Below are positions 11,962 to 22,217 of a stretch of 64,000 nucleotides of DNA, piece after piece. Where the stretch lies: sequence record DRR378314_197. One strand, given 5' to 3'. Position 1 is the first letter of the stretch. Every line of letters begins with the position of its first letter. The translations under genes were made by a program, and so were the position numbers. Below the pieces are notes generated by a model. It was not told the origin of the DNA, searched no databases, and saw only the letters and a program-made list of their open reading frames with translations.

Positions 11962-14451
11962 ATGCTTGAAACCCTGTACGCATTTTTCGATTTGGGTCAA
12001 TTTTCCCAGTCCCCTATAAATGGCTCCCATAACCCGGGGTTAGTCATACTCTCCTATTGTGTCGCGCTGCTAGCTTCTTATACCGCGATACTCACACTGG
12101 AACGTGTACAAATATATCAGGCTAAGGTTGCTCGCTACAGTTGGTTAATTGTCAGCGCAGTTATCTCTGGCGTTGGTGTCTGGAGTATGCATTTTATTGG
12201 CATGCTGGCTTTTGAGCTTCACCTGCCCATGAGTCATGGCGTGTTGTTAACGCTTATTTCAGTTGTTCCGGCCATTGTCGGCAGCTTTATAGCAATGAAA
12301 ATTCAAATGTCTTTGTCATCGGTGCGTGCAACACTCATCGCCGGAACTGTTTTGGGCGCCGGTATTGGCCTGATGCACTATACCGGAATGGCTGCAATGG
12401 AAATGTCAGCCCACCTTCGTTATGACCCTCTCTGGTTTGTACTTTCGGTATTTGTCGCCGTATCGTTGGGCATCATAGCTTTATTGGCATATCGCCATTA
12501 TAAAAAATCGGAAAGAACCAGCTGGTTCAGGCGCAGAAGCGCACAAATTGTTGTTGCCGCCATTATTGCTCTGGCTATTTCTGGTATGCACTATACCGCC
12601 ATGATAGCAGCCAATTTTTACCCTACCCGGGCACCCGATGCGGTATTCAGCGGCCATGGCAACTGGCTGGCTTACGTTGTCGGAATTGGCTCGTGCTTAA
12701 CCGCTATAATGGCCATTATAGCCTCTCAGATAGACAGACGCTTGCAACAACAGCAAAAGTTAGCCCAAATGTCTGCAGAGCAACTTTATGAAGTTATTAG
12801 TGCCATAGATGACGGCTTGCTGCTATTCGACGAACACAACCGTGTTTTGTTAGCGAATCAGGCATTTACGCGACTTACCGGAGATGACCTGGAACGAATA
12901 AAAGGCAGTAAACTCAATATTGAAGACTATATTGAGCGCTCAGATAAGTTACTGGAGAATATTAAGAACTCACTAGCCCGCAGAGTTGCCTGGCAAGGTA
13001 AAGTTAATGTAAGAAAACGTTCTGGTACGACTTTCCCTGTTCGCTTAAGTATTTCAGAAGTACGCTATAACCAACAGAAAGAACGACATTTTGTAGCAAC
13101 GGTCACAGACATTAGTGCAGAAGTTGAATCCAGTGAACGTATTCGTTATCTGGCTTACAACGATGCGTTAACCGGGTTAGCGAACCGCCGCTCTTTGTTG
13201 GATCATTTGCAAGATCAGCTCGCAACTTATAAAGAAGCAGGCCAAAACGGCGCGTTAATTCTCTGTGATATCGATAAATTTAAAATACTGAATAACACCC
13301 TGGGTTCGGATATGGGTGATTTACTGTTAAAACGCGTGGCAGAAAGGCTGCAAAGTTCGACGAAAGCCAACTCATTCCTGGCGCGTTTGAGCGCGAACGA
13401 ATTCGCGGTCGTGCTAACCGGACTTGAGCGTGGTAATTCAGTCAATATAAAACAGCAATTGCTGACCCGAATTTATCAATTGCTGGATCAACTGCAACAG
13501 CCCTATCAGCTCAACAGCTACACGCACCTTTGCTCCTTTAGCGCAGGCGCCTCCCTGTTTGACGACAGCGAATCAAATGCTGAAACCTTAATGACCCAGT
13601 CAGGCCTGGCATTATCTCACTCAAAACGCAAAGGTGCGGGAGAAGTCTCACTGTTTCGTCAGGAGTTTGCTGATGCAGTAAGTAAGCGAGTCAAACTGGA
13701 AGAGCAACTGCGTAATGCAATAAAACAGAACGAATTCGAACTTTATCTGCAACCTCAGGTAAATATTGAGTCAAAGCCCACCGGAGCTGAGGCGCTCATC
13801 CGCTGGAAACAAAGTGATGGCCGCTTTGTTTCTCCTGCTGACTTCATTCCTTTAGCCGAGGAAACCGGCTTAATTGTTCCTTTAGGGTACTGGATTACTG
13901 AGCGTGCCTGCCAAATTCTCCAGCAATGGCAACAGAGCCCTGAAAAAGCAAAGATGCAACTGTCGATTAACGTCAGTGCCAAACAGTTTCAGCAGCCCGA
14001 GTTTGTTGAGCAGGTTCAACTTCTGGTAGAGAAGTACGAGATACGGCCTCATCGATTAAAGCTAGAGCTCACTGAGAGTTTGCTGATGGACGACATTTCC
14101 AGCGTAACCAATAAAATAAAGCAATTAAAGCGCCTTGGTATTGAGTTCGCGCTGGATGACTTCGGTACGGGTTACTCGTCGCTTTCTTATCTTATGCAAA
14201 TTCCGTTCGACACCCTGAAAATTGACGTATCTTTCGTACGTAACATGCTGGATAGTATGGAAAAGGCTCAAATTGTTTACACTATTATTCAGCTAGGAGA
14301 AAGCCTTAAACTGAATATTGTTGCTGAGGGAGTAGAAACCGAAGAACAGTTTAATTATTTGGCGCGACTAAATTGCGATACCTTTCAAGGTTACCTGTTC
14401 AGCAAACCCGTACCTGAGTCTGAATTTCTGGCAGATAAGACAGCCCCATAG
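11962..14451 (+). CDS. MHYT-PAS-GGDEF(degenerate)-EAL signalling protein, probable c-di-GMP phosphodiesterase
   Basis: MHFIGM/MHYTGM/MHYTAM repeats, PAS region, DALTGLANR, SANEF in place of GGDEF, intact EALIRW and DDFGTGYSSL. Start set to ATG 11962. Confidence 0.92.
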   Translation: MLETLYAFFDLGQFSQSPINGSHNPGLVILSYCVALLASYTAILTLERVQIYQAKVARYSWLIVSAVISGVGVWSMHFIGMLAFELHLPMSHGVLLTLISVVPAIVGSFIAMKIQMSLSSVRATLIAGTVLGAGIGLMHYTGMAAMEMSAHLRYDPLWFVLSVFVAVSLGIIALLAYRHYKKSERTSWFRRRSAQIVVAAIIALAISGMHYTAMIAANFYPTRAPDAVFSGHGNWLAYVVGIGSCLTAIMAIIASQIDRRLQQQQKLAQMSAEQLYEVISAIDDGLLLFDEHNRVLLANQAFTRLTGDDLERIKGSKLNIEDYIERSDKLLENIKNSLARRVAWQGKVNVRKRSGTTFPVRLSISEVRYNQQKERHFVATVTDISAEVESSERIRYLAYNDALTGLANRRSLLDHLQDQLATYKEAGQNGALILCDIDKFKILNNTLGSDMGDLLLKRVAERLQSSTKANSFLARLSANEFAVVLTGLERGNSVNIKQQLLTRIYQLLDQLQQPYQLNSYTHLCSFSAGASLFDDSESNAETLMTQSGLALSHSKRKGAGEVSLFRQEFADAVSKRVKLEEQLRNAIKQNEFELYLQPQVNIESKPTGAEALIRWKQSDGRFVSPADFIPLAEETGLIVPLGYWITERACQILQQWQQSPEKAKMQLSINVSAKQFQQPEFVEQVQLLVEKYEIRPHRLKLELTESLLMDDISSVTNKIKQLKRLGIEFALDDFGTGYSSLSYLMQIPFDTLKIDVSFVRNMLDSMEKAQIVYTIIQLGESLKLNIVAEGVETEEQFNYLARLNCDTFQGYLFSKPVPESEFLADKTAP

Positions 14452-14452
14452 C

Positions 14453-14719
14453 TTAACGTAACTGGCTGTCTTTACTTCCACGCCGGTTAAAACCCGCTTT
14501 GTTTGAGTCCTGCTTGTCGAGTTCCGCCTGACATTCCACACACAGACGAACACCAGGAATCGCTTTGCGCCTGGCCTCCGGAATAGGCTCGCCACATTCT
14601 TCGCAAAACTCCAGACTTTCCCCGCCGGTAAGTTTGCTGCGTACACGTTTTACTTCATCTTCGGTACTGGCATCAATTTGTTCCTGTACGGCACCATCGT
14701 GCGACCAGCCACCCGCCAT
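14453..14719 (-). CDS. DksA/TraR C4-type zinc-finger protein (YbiI-like)
   Basis: MAGGWSHDGAVQEQI, CEECGEPIPEARR, CVECQ and NRRGSKDSQLR; AGGAG RBS before ATG 14719. Confidence 0.92.
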   Translation of the reverse strand: MAGGWSHDGAVQEQIDASTEDEVKRVRSKLTGGESLEFCEECGEPIPEARRKAIPGVRLCVECQAELDKQDSNKAGFNRRGSKDSQLR

Positions 14720-14826
14720 ATACAACTCCTTAGAAAAATGGAGAACACAAACAGACGCTGAGTCTGATACATTAACTATAACGTAAAAATACATTGCTAT
14801 TCAGGTTTTACCTATAAGAAACGCCT

Positions 14827-15129
14827 ATGAAACTTATTTATACCCATGAAAACAAACTATTAGTGGAAAACGCCCGTAACCTATTACAAATGGAAGGCAT
14901 TGAAACAGTTATGAAAAATGAGTTTTCCAGTGGCGCCGCTGGTGATTTAGCGCCATTGGATACCTGGCCTGAATTATGGCTTGTTGATGATACTCAACTC
15001 GCTGTCGCAAAAACACTGATTGAAAATATGGAAGAACAAGCGAACGGCCCGGACTGGCGTTGCAATAATTGTCAGGAAATTAACGGAGCCGCTTTTGAAG
15101 TATGCTGGAGTTGCGGTAGCCCAGCTTAA
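14827..15129 (+). CDS. DUF2007-like putative signal-transducing protein with C-terminal zinc ribbon
   Basis: N-terminal LxxEGIE...GxLAP..WPELW; C-terminal WRCNNC..E.NG..FEVCWSC. Confidence 0.75.
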   Translation: MKLIYTHENKLLVENARNLLQMEGIETVMKNEFSSGAAGDLAPLDTWPELWLVDDTQLAVAKTLIENMEEQANGPDWRCNNCQEINGAAFEVCWSCGSPA

Positions 15130-15160
15130 CCAAATCATACGGAACAAAAGGAGACATAAA

Positions 15161-15583
15161 ATGAACGGAAGTGAAACTTATACAATGGCTTATTGGGGCG
15201 TACTCATTGCTCTGGTCATTTTGCTGGTTCAATGGGTTATTGCCAGCGGTCAAAAAGCGAAACAACCCGGTGCCGTTCCGGGTAAAATCGACGACTCACT
15301 GAGTCATTCATCTTTTGTGTTTCGTGCTCACCGCACGCTAATGAACTCGTTAGAAAACTATCCGCTGATGCTGGGCACAGTATTTCTGGCCTTCTTCATA
15401 GGTGTCAGCGCTTTCTGGACAGGGATATTTATCTGGATTTTCGCTATTGCTCGCTTAATTCACATGGTTCTTTACTACGCCATAGCAACGGAGAAAAACC
15501 CCAGCCCCCGCAGCTATTTCTTTATGATTGGGCTAGCAGCTAACGTTGCTTTGCTTATTTTGTGCGGTGTCACTCTGGTTTAA
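15161..15583 (+). CDS. MAPEG family membrane protein
   Basis: RAHRTLMNSLEN and ARLIH motifs, four TM segments; AGGAG RBS before ATG 15161. Confidence 0.85.
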   Translation: MNGSETYTMAYWGVLIALVILLVQWVIASGQKAKQPGAVPGKIDDSLSHSSFVFRAHRTLMNSLENYPLMLGTVFLAFFIGVSAFWTGIFIWIFAIARLIHMVLYYAIATEKNPSPRSYFFMIGLAANVALLILCGVTLV

Positions 15584-15609
15584 AAGCCGTTAAATTTTTT
15601 CTGGGCTGA

Positions 15610-16266
15610 TCACACATCAGCCCATTCTCTTAACAGGTTATGAAACACCTTGGTCAGGCGATCAAAGTTTTCAGACTTACCGTTTGCATCAAATTCAGCT
15701 TTCAACGATTGTTCTATATCAAAGAGTAGCTCCCTGTAATTCGGCTGTTTAACCAAGCTTTGCACCCAGCCTATCATTGCCAGCCGGGAACCTTTAGTCA
15801 CCGGATTAACCCGATGCAGGTAATGGCTCGGATACATAAGAATATCCCCCTGCCCAAGCCGCCAGCTCCGCTCACCACTGGCATCCTCAATAACCAGCTC
15901 TCCGCCTTCAAAATCCGATAAGGGTGACAAACCCAGCGTAAAAGAAATATCGGTTCTTACCCCGTTCATTAAGGAGTCGTCCATGTGGGTACCGTAGTAC
16001 TCTCCCTGCTGATATCGGTTTATAGTCACCCGCGCCACCTGCTTTGGCCGCATAACCGATTGCACCAGAGCGTTTTGCTGAAGCCTGTCCAGCAGCACTT
16101 GTGTAGCTGCCTCAGACTTTTTACCCGACAGTTGCTGGTTATTTTTTACATCTTTCGCTGCCCAGCCTGCGGTTTTCTTACCATCACTAAACTGCCCGGC
16201 ATCAAGGCCTGCAACAATACTCTTTACCGTATCTGTATCTACGGCATTGCTAATTTGTAATATCAT
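15610..16266 (-). CDS. PKHD-type Fe(II)/2-oxoglutarate dioxygenase (PiuC/YbiX-like)
   Basis: DGKKTAG, HMD, EGGEL, HRVNPVTKGSR and NLLREWA motifs. Confidence 0.92.
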   Translation of the reverse strand: MILQISNAVDTDTVKSIVAGLDAGQFSDGKKTAGWAAKDVKNNQQLSGKKSEAATQVLLDRLQQNALVQSVMRPKQVARVTINRYQQGEYYGTHMDDSLMNGVRTDISFTLGLSPLSDFEGGELVIEDASGERSWRLGQGDILMYPSHYLHRVNPVTKGSRLAMIGWVQSLVKQPNYRELLFDIEQSLKAEFDANGKSENFDRLTKVFHNLLREWADV

Positions 16267-16285
16267 TATTCCACACTTCTAACTT

Positions 16286-16304
16286 GCGAATAGTTATCAT
16301 TTCT
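16286..16304. promoter_or_regulatory. Probable Fur box in the PiuC-like / exported-protein divergent promoter
   Basis: GCGAATAGTTATCATTTCT matches 11/19 of GATAATGATAATCATTATC and shares the 13-mer AATAGTTATCATT with the stronger box at 52608. Confidence 0.65.
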
Positions 16305-16354
16305 GCAAATATACATTAGTTAACTCTCGCAAAAAAGCATACTAAGGTCTTTAT

Positions 16355-17149
16355 ATGTTTGAAAAGAAAAAAGTTTGGCTTGGCGTTGGCAGTGTTCTGG
16401 CCACCACCGTAGCAGCATCACAGGTAACAGCAGCGCCACTGACTCAACCGGGCGCGGCACCTTCCATGTTCATGGCTGCCCCTATGGCAGAAGGCGAAAT
16501 GGCCGCTCCTGAAATTGATTTAAACACCAATGACACGGCTTTTCTGGCTCAGCTCGGTTTTATTCGCGGCCATTTATGGGTGGGAATGAAACTGTACGAG
16601 CAAGGCCACATTGAAATGGCTAAAACTCACATGAAACACCCGGGTGACGAGCTCTATAGTGGTCTCACTGAAGCATTTGAAGCACGCGGCTTACCCGGAT
16701 TTGCCGAACCGTTAAATACCCTGGCGGAAAGTGTCATTAATGATAAAAATGAAGGCACGGTCATGAGCAACTACAAGGCTCTGCTGGACTCTATCAGCGC
16801 TAATGAACCTATAGCTGACATGTCAGCTAAAGACGTCATATTGAGTGTTTCATCAATGCTAATGGTAGCCGCCGACGAGTACGCTATAGGCATTCAAAAT
16901 GGCGAAGTCACTAATGTTCACGAATATCAAGACGCCATGGGCTTTAAAGAAATTGCGCTTGAACGCTTAAACCGTATTAATGATAAAGAAGCAGAAAAAG
17001 CTGAAGAAGCCATTAGCGAAACCCGCAAGGTCATCAGTAACCTTGAAAACCTCTGGCCTACTACTACCCCAGAAGGTGAATTTGAGGGAGATCCTAGTAA
17101 AATTTACGGTGCTGCCTCTCGTATTGAACTGGAAGCACGCAGCATTTAA
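16355..17149 (+). CDS. Exported helical protein with His/Glu clusters, putative metal-binding
   Basis: Signal-peptide-like N-terminus; RGHLWVG..AKTHMKHPGDELY and DEYAIGI..HEYQDAMGF motifs. Confidence 0.75.
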   Translation: MFEKKKVWLGVGSVLATTVAASQVTAAPLTQPGAAPSMFMAAPMAEGEMAAPEIDLNTNDTAFLAQLGFIRGHLWVGMKLYEQGHIEMAKTHMKHPGDELYSGLTEAFEARGLPGFAEPLNTLAESVINDKNEGTVMSNYKALLDSISANEPIADMSAKDVILSVSSMLMVAADEYAIGIQNGEVTNVHEYQDAMGFKEIALERLNRINDKEAEKAEEAISETRKVISNLENLWPTTTPEGEFEGDPSKIYGAASRIELEARSI

Positions 17150-17168
17150 TACCTACCAACCTGCATTC

Positions 17169-17201
17169 GGCTTACTTCTTTTACACATAAAGGAGTAGGC
17201 C
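17169..17201 (+). terminator. Hairpin after the exported-protein gene, possible terminator
   Basis: GGCTTACTTCTTT...AAAGGAGTAGGCC imperfect stem with G-U pairs; no clear U-tail. Confidence 0.4.
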
Positions 17202-17238
17202 TGAGTTACCCCTTCATTTCACTCGCAAAAGCTCATTA

Positions 17239-17261
17239 AAGCAGTATTCTAAAGGCATCTT
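17239..17261. promoter_or_regulatory. Probable NsrR operator upstream of the cytochrome c-nirK operon
   Basis: AAGCAGTATTCTAAAGGCATCTT fits 19/23 positions of the 11-1-11 NsrR consensus AAGATGYATTT-N-AAATRCATCTT, 23 nt before the ATG. Confidence 0.68.
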
Positions 17262-17284
17262 AAGTCAATTACGAAGGTGTCGTT

Positions 17285-17677
17285 ATGAGCATTCAGTCTC
17301 TTTGCAAAATTTCAGTCATTGCCGTGTCATTAGCTGGCTTGTTTATGAGCCAGTCAGCCAACGCAGGCGAAGGCGAAAACGTTTACAAAAAATATTGTCA
17401 GGCATGTCATCAACCAAATGGCAAAGGCATGCAGGGCGTATTTCCTCCGCTGGCAGGAAATACAAATATCAAAGATAACCCCGACTACATAGCTAAGACA
17501 ATTATCAATGGTAAGTCCGGCGCGCTAACCGTTAACGGAACAAATTACAACGGAGCTATGCCGCCCATGGGTTATCTGAAAGACGCCGATATAGCGACCT
17601 TAGCTAACTACATCAATACCGATCTTGCAGGCGGCAGTGAGACTATCACAGCCGAAGCCGTTGCCAGTTTGCGTTAA
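17285..17677 (+). CDS. Periplasmic monoheme class I cytochrome c
   Basis: Signal peptide, CQACH heme motif, FPPLAG and distal ligand in YNGAMPP. Confidence 0.93.
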   Translation: MSIQSLCKISVIAVSLAGLFMSQSANAGEGENVYKKYCQACHQPNGKGMQGVFPPLAGNTNIKDNPDYIAKTIINGKSGALTVNGTNYNGAMPPMGYLKDADIATLANYINTDLAGGSETITAEAVASLR

Positions 17678-17710
17678 ACCTATTTGTTATCAGTTAAAGG
17701 AAAAATAATT

Positions 17711-18868
17711 ATGAAAACTCTAAGCTTATCAATTATCAGTGCCTCTCTTCTGGCTGCTATGGCGTCAGCGTCAGCTCCGGTTAATGCGGAAGAGCTCAGC
17801 CTTAAGCACGACAGCGAATATGTCATTGATGGTAAAATCTTTGGATTACCAGAAGCTAAAGTCTACCGCGAAGACTACAACGGCCCGGCGGTTGTTGGCG
17901 ACTATCTGACTCAGGTTCCAAACATAGCGAAACTTGACTACGAAGGTAACAAAACTCATGACATACGCATGGATGTTTTCTCTCAGAAAATAGAAGTAGC
18001 ACCGGGAGTAACCTATTCGGCCTGGACATTCGGTGGCTCAGTACCCGGCCCGGTATTGCACGTACGTGAAGGTGACCGTGTTATCTTCAAAATGAAAAAC
18101 CGCTCTGACGAAGAAGTGACTATTACTAAGCCAGTTAAAAATGGTGCTCCGTTCATTCAGCAACTGCAGGCCAACGGTTATCAGAATAACCAGCCAGTCG
18201 TTAACCCAATGCCCCACTCTATGGACTTTCATAGTGGCACAGTAGCAGCGGAAGACAAATGGCGTACCATTTCTCCGGGTGAAACTATTGAGTTCGAATG
18301 GATAGCCAACTACGCGGGTACTTATATGTATCACTGTGGTACTTCCAGCGTACTCATGCACACAGCTATGGGCCAATACGGCGCCGTTGTGGTATCTCCT
18401 AAAGATGGCTACCCAACTGACAAAGACGTTGATAAAGAATTCGTTCTGGTTCAGTCAGAGCACTATTTGGAAGAAGCCTCAGAAGGTAACTACATCTATA
18501 ACCACGGTGCAGCTTTAGACCGCCAGCCAAGTCATGTGACCTTTAACGGACATGTTGCAGCACTTAGCGACAACCCTTTACGAGCGAACGAAGGTGACCG
18601 TGTGCGCTTACATGTTTTAAACGCAGGTCCTTCAGGCACTTCCAGCTTCCACGTAATTGGTGCGATTTTCGACCGCGTCTGGTACGAAGGTGATCCGCGT
18701 AACGAATGGTATGGCATGCAAACCGTGCTGCTGGGTGCCAGTAACAGCGCAACCATTGAATTTATTGTTCCGGAAGAAGGCATCTATAAGTTGGTCGATC
18801 ACGAATTTGCTGATGCAGAGCGTGGCGCAGCTGGTGCATTAATTGCCGGTCCGCGTAAAGAGAAATAA
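17711..18868 (+). CDS. nirK: Copper-containing nitrite reductase (NirK/AniA-like)
   Basis: PHSMDFH, YMYHC...MHTAMGQYG, SSFHVIG and LVDH ligand motifs; signal peptide; adjacent nirV-like and SCO genes. Confidence 0.85.
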   Translation: MKTLSLSIISASLLAAMASASAPVNAEELSLKHDSEYVIDGKIFGLPEAKVYREDYNGPAVVGDYLTQVPNIAKLDYEGNKTHDIRMDVFSQKIEVAPGVTYSAWTFGGSVPGPVLHVREGDRVIFKMKNRSDEEVTITKPVKNGAPFIQQLQANGYQNNQPVVNPMPHSMDFHSGTVAAEDKWRTISPGETIEFEWIANYAGTYMYHCGTSSVLMHTAMGQYGAVVVSPKDGYPTDKDVDKEFVLVQSEHYLEEASEGNYIYNHGAALDRQPSHVTFNGHVAALSDNPLRANEGDRVRLHVLNAGPSGTSSFHVIGAIFDRVWYEGDPRNEWYGMQTVLLGASNSATIEFIVPEEGIYKLVDHEFADAERGAAGALIAGPRKEK

Positions 18869-18878
18869 GGGGAAACTT

Positions 18879-19631
18879 ATGGTTAAGTGGCTTGGAGTTG
18901 CAGGTGTTTTATTGTCACCCTTAGTGCTCGCTGATCCAGTTCTGATCAATGGTGGTACTTTCGAACCTCCGGTCTTACTGGACAAAGAGCGCCTCAGTAT
19001 AGAAATGGAAAGTTTCATGCTGGACGCAACCCCTGTCACTAACCAAGAGTTTCTGGAATTTGTCATTGAACAACCTCAGTGGCAGCGAGACAACATCGCT
19101 GCCCTATTCCATGATGGAAATTACCTGAAGCATTGGGATGATAATACTGAATTTGCTAAAGGCAAAGACAACGAACCAGTCACTTATGTGTCTTGGTTTG
19201 CCGCACGCGAATACTGCTCCGCACAAGGTGGCCGTTTGCCTGGTCTTAACGAGTGGGAGTATGCGTCGGTCAAATATCGGCAACAGCAGAACATCAGCGA
19301 CGATGATTATGCCCGTAACCTGTTTGCCTGGTACAGCCAGCCACACAGTGCGAAACAACAAACCGTCGACCCAAATGCTGAGCAATTGATGCACATGCAC
19401 GACCGTGTCAACGAATGGGTAGACGACTATCAATTATTATTAACCAACGGCGATGACGTCGATTTGCTCTCCGGCTCATGTGGCGACGGAGCGCGCTTTA
19501 TGTCGAGTTTTAGTAACGCCAATTACGCCACATTTTTCCGTTATCAGTCACGCAGTGATTACGCCCCGCAAAGTGCGACCAGCACTATGGGTTTTCGTTG
19601 CGCATACGACCTGGAGAACGACCATGAATAA
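18879..19631 (+). CDS. FGE-sulfatase domain protein (NirV-like)
   Basis: PVTNQEF, PVTYVSW, RLPGLNEWEY and GFRCA motifs; directly after nirK. Confidence 0.85.
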   Translation: MVKWLGVAGVLLSPLVLADPVLINGGTFEPPVLLDKERLSIEMESFMLDATPVTNQEFLEFVIEQPQWQRDNIAALFHDGNYLKHWDDNTEFAKGKDNEPVTYVSWFAAREYCSAQGGRLPGLNEWEYASVKYRQQQNISDDDYARNLFAWYSQPHSAKQQTVDPNAEQLMHMHDRVNEWVDDYQLLLTNGDDVDLLSGSCGDGARFMSSFSNANYATFFRYQSRSDYAPQSATSTMGFRCAYDLENDHE

Positions 19632-20268
19632 ATTGCTAAAATTGACCGCCCTGGCCTCTTTGATCTTTGCTGTCCAGTCTTTTGCGCAGGATCACTCGCA
19701 TCACAATATGCACAAGAATCAGACAGCTAACGACCACAGCAATCATACGGCAATGAACGCAGCAGAGGTCTCTCACTCCGAGTCGGTATACCAGATAGAT
19801 GCTACCTGGAACACGCATAAGAATAGCCAACTCAAGCTTTCAGAACTTGAAGGTCATCCCGTTATTCTTTCCATGATTTATGGCAGTTGCACCACCGCCT
19901 GCCCAGTGTTGGTTCATGACGTAAAACGCTTATACAGCAAGCTGGACGAAGACACTAAACAGCAAGTTAAGCTCGTTATGGTGAGTTTTGACACCGATCG
20001 CGATACACCCGAGGCACTCGCTGACTATGTTAAGCAGTATCAACTTAACAACGACAACTGGCTGTTTCTGAACGGTTCGGAGCAGGATATCAGAACCTTA
20101 GCTACAGTACTTGGCGTGAGGTATCGACAGCGTCCGGACGGTGATTTTGATCACAGCAATTTGATCACTATTCTCGATAAACAAGGGCTTATTGTTGAAC
20201 GCATAGAAGGCCTAAGCCAGCCAATGGAGAAGCCAGCTAACGTTGTCGCTAAACTGGTTAACGATTAA
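19624..20268 (+). CDS. SCO1/SenC copper chaperone with His-rich N-terminus
   Basis: CTTACP, DTDRDTPE and DFDHSN motifs; start at ATG 19624. Confidence 0.92.
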   Translation: MNKLLKLTALASLIFAVQSFAQDHSHHNMHKNQTANDHSNHTAMNAAEVSHSESVYQIDATWNTHKNSQLKLSELEGHPVILSMIYGSCTTACPVLVHDVKRLYSKLDEDTKQQVKLVMVSFDTDRDTPEALADYVKQYQLNNDNWLFLNGSEQDIRTLATVLGVRYRQRPDGDFDHSNLITILDKQGLIVERIEGLSQPMEKPANVVAKLVND

Positions 20269-20310
20269 CAGCGGTTGCATTCGCTCTAAGATTTTGTTCC
20301 ACTAAAAAGG

Positions 20311-20418
20311 AATCTTGTCGGAGTGCCGGTAGCTTTCTTAATGAAGTTACCGGCTGAGACCGCAATTGCGGGATCCGTTGAACCTGATCAGGCTAATACC
20401 TGCGAAGGGAACAAGAGA
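20311..20418 (+). ncRNA. TPP riboswitch (THI element)
   Basis: TCTTGTCGGAGTGCC...GGCTGAGA...CCGTTGAACCTGATCAGGCTAATACCTGCGAAGGGAACAAGA directly upstream of thiC. Confidence 0.96.
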
Positions 20419-20501
20419 GCATCAGCATGACACGACCGTTGTTTCTGCGCTGATGTTCCTTTCAACACTCCTGACAAGCATCTCTAACATCAACAAAATG
20501 A

Positions 20502-22216
<1,715 letters not shown>

Positions 22217-22217
<1 letters not shown>

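Noticed and set aside
19453-19623. Longer start for the SCO gene, and similar upstream extensions for MAPEG, thiS, czcA and delta-CA
   Set aside because: Most extensions overlap neighbouring genes; the downstream ATGs have RBSs and give family-typical N-termini.
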